Below are positions 59,317 to 64,000 of a DNA stretch of 64,000 bases, piece by piece; within the stretch, counting starts at the first letter, position 1, and each line of letters starts with the position of its first letter. The notes below the pieces were generated by a model. It saw only the letters and a list, made by a program, of their open reading frames with translations, searched no databases and was not told the origin of the DNA. The DNA comes from an uncultured Actinomycetes bacterium (GTDB lineage: Bacteria > Actinomycetota > Acidimicrobiia > IMCC26256 > PALSA-610): the NCBI GenBank assembly GCA_963841195.1, contig CAWJBX010000010.1, positions 121,519-185,518 on the forward strand. Reading direction: 5' to 3'. The position numbers were made by a program, and so were the translations under genes.

Positions 59317-60885
59317 GACGACTCCTGTTCTTCTTCGACGCGCTCGCAGCGCAGGTGCTTGTCGTCACTCGTCAGGCAGCGGCCGGTCGCGAGTTCGAAC
59401 TGCCAGTGATGCAGGCTGCAGGTGAGCATGCCGTCGGCGATCTCGCCGAAGCTCGTCAGGTCGGCCTGACGGTGCGGACACAAGCGTTCGATGCGCCAGC
59501 CGTCGCGCTCGAAGAACTCGTCGTCGACCTTGCGGCGCTGGCGGTAACAGCGTTCGACGTACGCGATGCGCTCCGGCGACAACGCCTTGAAGAACGTCAT
59601 CACGAACTCGTTGAAGTTCGCGGGGTCGGGTCGATGCCCGACGAACCGGCACGACAGGAACAACGAGTTGACCCAGTCGTCGGTGTGCGGCGTTCGAGCA
59701 ACGCCTCGACCAGCGCGCGGTCGACGTCGGCTTTGTAGACGTACGGCTCGCCGTCGCCACACGCGCACTTCGCGATTCGACGAAATCGATGCAGACGTTC
59801 GCATCGGGCTCGCCGACGTCGAGCACGACGTTGCCGGCAACACCCGCCGACGTGATCGGCGCCCGCTCGAGCAGTGGTTCGAACCACGGCGCCAGTTCGG
59901 CGACCAGATCGCGACGTCGTGCTCGACCAGCTCGCGCGCTCGCGTGCGAGCCATCGCATTCCAGTCGCGCCGCGTATTCGTCGAGATAGGCGGGCTTGTC
60001 GGTGAACGGCCGCCGCACCTCCGCATCGCTCGCGGGCTGGGTCACCTTGCACTCGGCGCCGTCGAGCTCCGACGACCGAACCGGGCACGATCAAGTCACC
60101 GCGTGTCGATCCCCGCGTCAGCGAGGTAATCGAGAAACACCGCCTGATCGGGAAAGATGTTCGCCGGATCACGGTCGACGTCGTTGAGATACGACAGGTC
60201 GTCGTCGAGAAACGCCGGTGGTCCGGCGCACGGGAACACGTGCGCGGCGTCGACCCACTCGATGTACTGGCGCGCGCGCGCCATCTGGTTCACGCGCTTG
60301 TTCCCGCGCCAGACTGCTCTTTGAGCTCCGGCGGGAAGTCGTACACGACCGGGTACCAGATCGCGCCCGAGAACTGCACGATCTGCGCGTCGAACGGTCC
60401 GAGCGCGCGCAACACGTCGGGATCGCCGGGGCGCGCGTCGTTCTGGTTCAGCACGCGGGCGCTCCCGTCGTCGAGCACGATCAGCGAGTCGCCGAGTGGC
60501 CCGTCGGCCGGCGTCGGTGAACGCGAGGATCGTGACCTCGAGCCCGTCGAGGTCGACGGGTTCGCCGTTGCGAGTGTGCACGAAGTGTTCGAAGCCGATC
60601 GCTCGCAACTCGCGTTCGAGGAACGGCACGTCGAACCGGGCAGCAGCACCCGTGGCACGCTTGTCGACGTGCGCGGCGAGCCATGCGGGATCGAAATGAT
60701 CGCGGTGGAGATGCGAGATGTAGACGTAGTCGGGTGCGACGAACGGCTCGGATCGCGAGCGTGTCGTTGCGCGGGAACGGAAACCACGAGCCGAAGTACG
60801 CCGGCGTGAACCACGGATCGCACAGGACGGAGCCACCACGCGTCTCGACGAAGAAGCCGACGTGGCCGAGGAACGTGCAACGCAC
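59313..60885 (-). pseudogene. MBL-fold domain fused to C-terminal Rieske [2Fe-2S] domain, many frameshifts
   Basis: N-terminus RCTFLGHVGFFVETRGGSVLCDPWF and YISHLHRDHFDP. C-terminal Rieske CPHRQADL...CSLHHWQFELATGRC. The blocks are scattered over all three frames. Confidence 0.7.
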
Positions 60886-61075
60886 GCGGTCATTCTGACG
60901 AATTCCGACCGCCGAGCCCGGCCCGACCGACCGCTCGCCGGCCGCTCTCCGCATCACGCCCGTTCTTCCACATGTTGGTAAGTCGGGTCGGCACCGCCTC
61001 TCACCTGCGCACACAGCGATTGCACGGGTGTTCGCAGCGCTGGCGAATCTCTCAGGTTGCGCCTAGTATTTCGGC

Positions 61076-61148
61076 CAGTACGTCGAGGCCCGACCCCCAC
61101 TCGGCCCTCGGCTGGGGCCCCGTTTCGGCGGGGCCCCCTTCTCTTTTC
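61076..61148 (+). ncRNA. candidate small RNA: C-rich-loop hairpin plus intrinsic terminator
   Basis: TGGCGA-N17-TAGTAT (61041-61069). Hairpin 61082-61112 with loop CCCCCAC. GGGGCCCCG-tttcgg-CGGGGCCCC (61114-61137) followed by CTTCTCTTTTC. No plus-strand gene ends here. Confidence 0.25.
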
Positions 61149-61160
61149 GGGCGTTGCTTC

Positions 61161-61673
61161 TCAGGCAGTCTCTTCCGAGATCTGCGCGTGAAGTTGGTCT
61201 CGTGCGCGCGCAACGCGCGACCGGATCGTGCCGACGGGAACGCGACAAACCTCGGCCGCGTCCGCGTACGAGAGCCCGACGATCTGTGTGAGCACAAACG
61301 CTTCGCGCCGCTCGGGCGCCAGCGAGTCGACGAGCATCGCGTACGCGACCCGGTCGCCGGGGTCGGCCACGAAGTGCTCCCGAGCGAACAACGCGTCGAG
61401 CGCGCGGCGACGGCGGGCAGCACGCACTGCGTCGGCGCACACCCGCCGCGCAATCGACAACAACCAGGTGCGCAGGCTGCTTCGGCCTTCGTAACGTTCA
61501 AGTGAGCGCAGCGCACGCAGATACGTGTCTTGCACGAGGTCGTCGACATCGGTCCCGCGCCCGAGGTACGCGCAGTACCGCCACACATGGGGCTGGGTCT
61601 CGCGCACGATCGCGGCAAGGGCGAGTCGGTCACCGGCGATCGCGCTACGAACGAGCTGCAGATCGTCGGTCAC
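61161..61673 (-). CDS. ECF-family RNA polymerase sigma-70 factor
   Basis: Region 2 DLVQDTYLRALRSLERYEG and region 4 LSYADAAEVCRVPVGTIRSRVARAR. Start taken at GTG 61673. Confidence 0.85.
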   Translation of the reverse strand: MTDDLQLVRSAIAGDRLALAAIVRETQPHVWRYCAYLGRGTDVDDLVQDTYLRALRSLERYEGRSSLRTWLLSIARRVCADAVRAARRRRALDALFAREHFVADPGDRVAYAMLVDSLAPERREAFVLTQIVGLSYADAAEVCRVPVGTIRSRVARARDQLHAQISEETA

Positions 61674-61742
61674 GCCCGATGCTAAACACACAAGCCTGGG
61701 ATTCTCGGGAACTCGCGGCGTGCGGGCGGCGACGTATGGAGC

Positions 61743-62345
61743 ATGGATTGCCGCACCATCCGTGAATCGTGTTCGGCGTTGCTCGACGGCGAGGACGCCT
61801 CGTTGCCAACGTCCGTCCTGACCAACCACCTCGACGGCTGCGCGCCCTGTCGGGACTTCGTCGAGGATGCGCGCGCCCTTCGTCAAGCGATACGGCAGGA
61901 GCGGCCGAACGGCCCCGATCTGACGACGCGCATCCTGGCGGCGGCACGAGAACAACGGCATCCCCGTCTCCGCGAGGTCACGGTGCTGCGGCTCGGGCTT
62001 GTCGCGGTTGCGCTCGCCCAACTCGCGCTTGCCGTACCCGGTCTGGTGTACGGGAGCGACGAGGGCGCGCCGATCCACATCGCGCACGAAGTCGGTGCGT
62101 GGGATCTCGCCCTCGCGATCGGCTTCCTGTTCGCGGCCTGGCGGCCACTTCGTGCGGTCGGGCTCTTGCCCTTCGTCGCGGCCCTTTCGGCCGGGCTCTT
62201 GCTTACGGCGGTGATCGACGTGGTGCACGGCCGAGCGGTCGCGATCACCGAAACCACGCACCTGCTCGAGCTCCTCGGGACGCTGCTGCTTTGGATGCTT
62301 GCATCGCCGCGACCCGTCGTGCGCCGGGACCTTCAAGTCGTATAA
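61743..62345 (+). CDS. membrane anti-sigma factor (zf-HC2 type)
   Basis: HLDGCAPCRDF zinc motif at the N-terminus, followed by several transmembrane segments. Divergent from the ECF sigma gene. Confidence 0.7.
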   Translation: MDCRTIRESCSALLDGEDASLPTSVLTNHLDGCAPCRDFVEDARALRQAIRQERPNGPDLTTRILAAAREQRHPRLREVTVLRLGLVAVALAQLALAVPGLVYGSDEGAPIHIAHEVGAWDLALAIGFLFAAWRPLRAVGLLPFVAALSAGLLLTAVIDVVHGRAVAITETTHLLELLGTLLLWMLASPRPVVRRDLQVV

Positions 62346-62413
62346 GCCTTCGGGAACTTTTTCGTCGTGTCAGACGACAAGTGCCACGACACGACAACAA
62401 GAGAGGAGCCCTC

Positions 62414-63121
62414 GTGCGGCGGATAGGAACTGCGATCGTCATGGTGTTCGGGGCGGTGCTATTGACCGCTGCGCCGGCGTGGGCGCACGTCACCCTCGAT
62501 CCGAACACAGCCGTGAAGGGCAGCGACGCGGTCCTGCACTTCGTGGTGCCGAACGAGATGGACAACGCGACCACCGTGAAACTGCAAGTGCAGTTCCCGC
62601 ACGATCACCCGATTCCGGAAGCGCTGATTCAGCCGGTTGCCGGTTGGAACGCCGATGTCACGAGTTTCCACACGACGCAGCCGGTGCAGACCGACGATGG
62701 TCCGGTGAACGACGCGGTCGACACGGTCACGTGGTCCGCGACGGGAACGGGCATCGCCGTCGGCGATTTCCAAACGTTCGCGGTTTCCGTCGGCCTGCCC
62801 GACGACACCGACTCGCTCATGTTCCCGGCGATCCAGACGTACAGCAACGGTCAGAAGGTCAGCTGGATCGAAACGACGCCGCCCGGCGGCCAAGAACCCG
62901 ATCACCCGGCGCCGGTGCTCACAATGACGAGTGGTGACGAAGCTGCGTCGACGACGCCGACCACTGCCGCAGGGTCACCCACCGTTCAGGTGACGACCGC
63001 GAAGAAGAGTGAGGTCGACAACGCCAAGACGATCGGGATCATCGCGTTGATCGTCGCGGTCGTCGCCCTGATCTTCGGGATCCTCGGCTTCGTGTTCGGG
63101 CGGCGCAAGACCGCGGCCTGA
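62414..63121 (+). CDS. YcnI/DUF1775 family copper-binding cell-surface protein
   Basis: Signal peptide then AHVTLDPNTAVKGSDAVLHFVVPNE, a Thr/Pro-rich linker and a C-terminal TM anchor. GTG 62414. Confidence 0.8.
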   Translation: MRRIGTAIVMVFGAVLLTAAPAWAHVTLDPNTAVKGSDAVLHFVVPNEMDNATTVKLQVQFPHDHPIPEALIQPVAGWNADVTSFHTTQPVQTDDGPVNDAVDTVTWSATGTGIAVGDFQTFAVSVGLPDDTDSLMFPAIQTYSNGQKVSWIETTPPGGQEPDHPAPVLTMTSGDEAASTTPTTAAGSPTVQVTTAKKSEVDNAKTIGIIALIVAVVALIFGILGFVFGRRKTAA

Positions 63122-63163
63122 CGCCCGCGCCCGGCGCGAGAACGGCATGCTCATTCGTAAGGA

Positions 63164-63709
63164 ATGAGTACCCGTAGCTTTTCGCTGTTCTTTGCGCTCC
63201 TGACGTTCGCGTGTTGGGCCGCGATCCTCGTGATCGCGGCCCTGTACGTAGCGCGCCGGCGCGATCCCGACGGCGAGCTCGCGCGGATCTACGACGACAT
63301 CGCCCGGGTCGCGCTCCCGCTCGCCGCGCTCGTCGCGTGCGGCACGATGGCGGGAAGCCTCTACTACTCGCAGGTCGCGCACTTCGTGCCGTGCGCGCTG
63401 TGCTGGTATCAGCGGATCGCGGCGTATCCGCTTGCGATCATCTTGGTTGTCGCGTCGTTCCGGCGCGATCGCAACGTCTGGTGGTACGTCGTTCCGCAAG
63501 CGGTGATCGGCGCCGGATTCGCCGTCTACCACACGCAACTTCAAGCGTTCCCGAGCCAGCACTCGTCGTTCTGCACCATCAGCGAACCGTGCACCACACG
63601 ATACGTCTGGGAGTTCGGTTTCGTTTCGCTCCCGCTTATGGCGCTCACAGCTTTCGTGACGATAATCACGTTCGTATTGGTCGCGAGATCGGTACCGGAG
63701 CAAGCGTGA
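63164..63709 (+). CDS. DsbB/BdbC-family disulfide bond formation protein
   Basis: CALCWYQRI redox motif, a second Cys pair FCTISEPC, and four transmembrane segments. Confidence 0.8.
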   Translation: MSTRSFSLFFALLTFACWAAILVIAALYVARRRDPDGELARIYDDIARVALPLAALVACGTMAGSLYYSQVAHFVPCALCWYQRIAAYPLAIILVVASFRRDRNVWWYVVPQAVIGAGFAVYHTQLQAFPSQHSSFCTISEPCTTRYVWEFGFVSLPLMALTAFVTIITFVLVARSVPEQA

Positions 63710-64000
63710 GCACGAAGACCCAACCCGCGAAACGGAAACCGACTCGCCCGTCCAACAACCGCACGCGCCAGGCGCGCGCCGCGCAACAATCACATGCGAC
63801 GCGCTGGATCATCATCGGCGTCGTGTTGGTGATCGTCGTTGCAGTCGTCGTCGCGGCCGTCGGCGGCAGTGGGTCCTCGTCGAGTTCGGGACCGCTCCGG
63901 TCGCCCGCGCCGGCCGCTCTCGTCGCGCAGGTCACGGGTGTCAACGACGCGACGATCAACGCGGTCGGGGCCGGGACCACGACGCAGGGTCCGCAAAAAA
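63706..64000 (+). CDS. membrane-anchored protein, N-terminal part only (possibly DsbA-like thiol:disulfide oxidoreductase); 3' end outside window
   Basis: GTG forms a GTGA overlap with the dsbB-like stop. Basic N-terminus, TM helix WIIIGVVLVIVVAVVVAAV and a Ser-rich linker. The frame is open to the window end. Confidence 0.45.
   Translation, partial: MSTKTQPAKRKPTRPSNNRTRQARAAQQSHATRWIIIGVVLVIVVAVVVAAVGGSGSSSSSGPLRSPAPAALVAQVTGVNDATINAVGAGTTTQGPQK

Noticed and set aside
61708-61735. An ECF-type promoter (GGAAC ... CGT) in front of the anti-sigma gene.
   Set aside because: GGAAC (61708-61712) and CGT (61733-61735) are separated by 20 nt, which is longer than the 16-18 nt typical of ECF promoters. 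This is too weak to call without TSS data.

Overview
High-GC actinobacterial chromosomal segment, gene-dense on both strands, with no phage, transposase, integrase or CRISPR content. I resolve about 70 protein genes and one tRNA-Ser(CGA).

**Layout**
- 1-19.7 kb: an oxygenase-rich catabolic island. It holds a Rieske oxygenase, a Baeyer-Villiger monooxygenase (BVMO), a P450, a molybdenum-hydroxylase large subunit, a cyclase, an amidohydrolase, an aldolase, SDRs and two TetR regulators. It is bracketed by beta-oxidation genes: fadD-like, an SCP-x thiolase-like gene, a paired acyl-CoA dehydrogenase (ACAD) and an enoyl-CoA hydratase.
- 20.2-25 kb: a Liv-type branched-chain amino-acid ABC importer.
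- 25-29 kb: a GHMP kinase, a META lipoprotein, tadA and tRNA-Ser, followed by an HTH plus nucleotidyltransferase pair.
- 29-42.7 kb: housekeeping genes (metF, a CsoR/RicR copper module, an FrhB-like gene, the DUF3090 / SCO1664-kinase-like / phosphomutase trio, DUF3151, gmd, a nitronate monooxygenase, purE, a MacB-type ABC exporter, lgt).
- 42.7-64 kb: mixed redox and repair genes, an Rpf-like repeat protein, an M20 peptidase, a thrB-like gene, two DUF3499 paralogues, a detoxification-type operon (MBL-Rieske, VOC, SRPBCC, AKR, MFS) and an ECF sigma / anti-sigma / YcnI / DsbB envelope-copper cluster.

**Two technical points affect every call**
- Many conserved genes can only be read by changing frame, so they carry +/-1 indels. 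These are concentrated at 29.3-38.5 kb and 59.3-60.9 kb. I mark such genes as pseudogene, but assembly indel error is at least as likely as real decay.
- Sixteen gene junctions use 4-nt ATGA or GTGA stop/start overlaps. I used these to place start codons.

**Most unusual signals**
- A MIRU-like 4 x 46-47 bp minisatellite that duplicates a ribosome-binding site and start codon (47.16-47.34 kb).
- A 99-codon stretch of a ferredoxin gene with no optional G at the third codon position (44.75-45.05 kb), downstream of three ACGA-W-TCGT palindromes.
- A nested-palindrome repeat found at two convergent gene junctions.
- An orphan Mo-hydroxylase coupled to an SDR, a P450 and a reductase.
- A tRNA-adjacent HTH/nucleotidyltransferase pair.
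- A candidate small RNA with a C-rich loop.

I did not find a clear-cut novel multi-gene system. All product calls come from motif recognition by eye, not from database searches.
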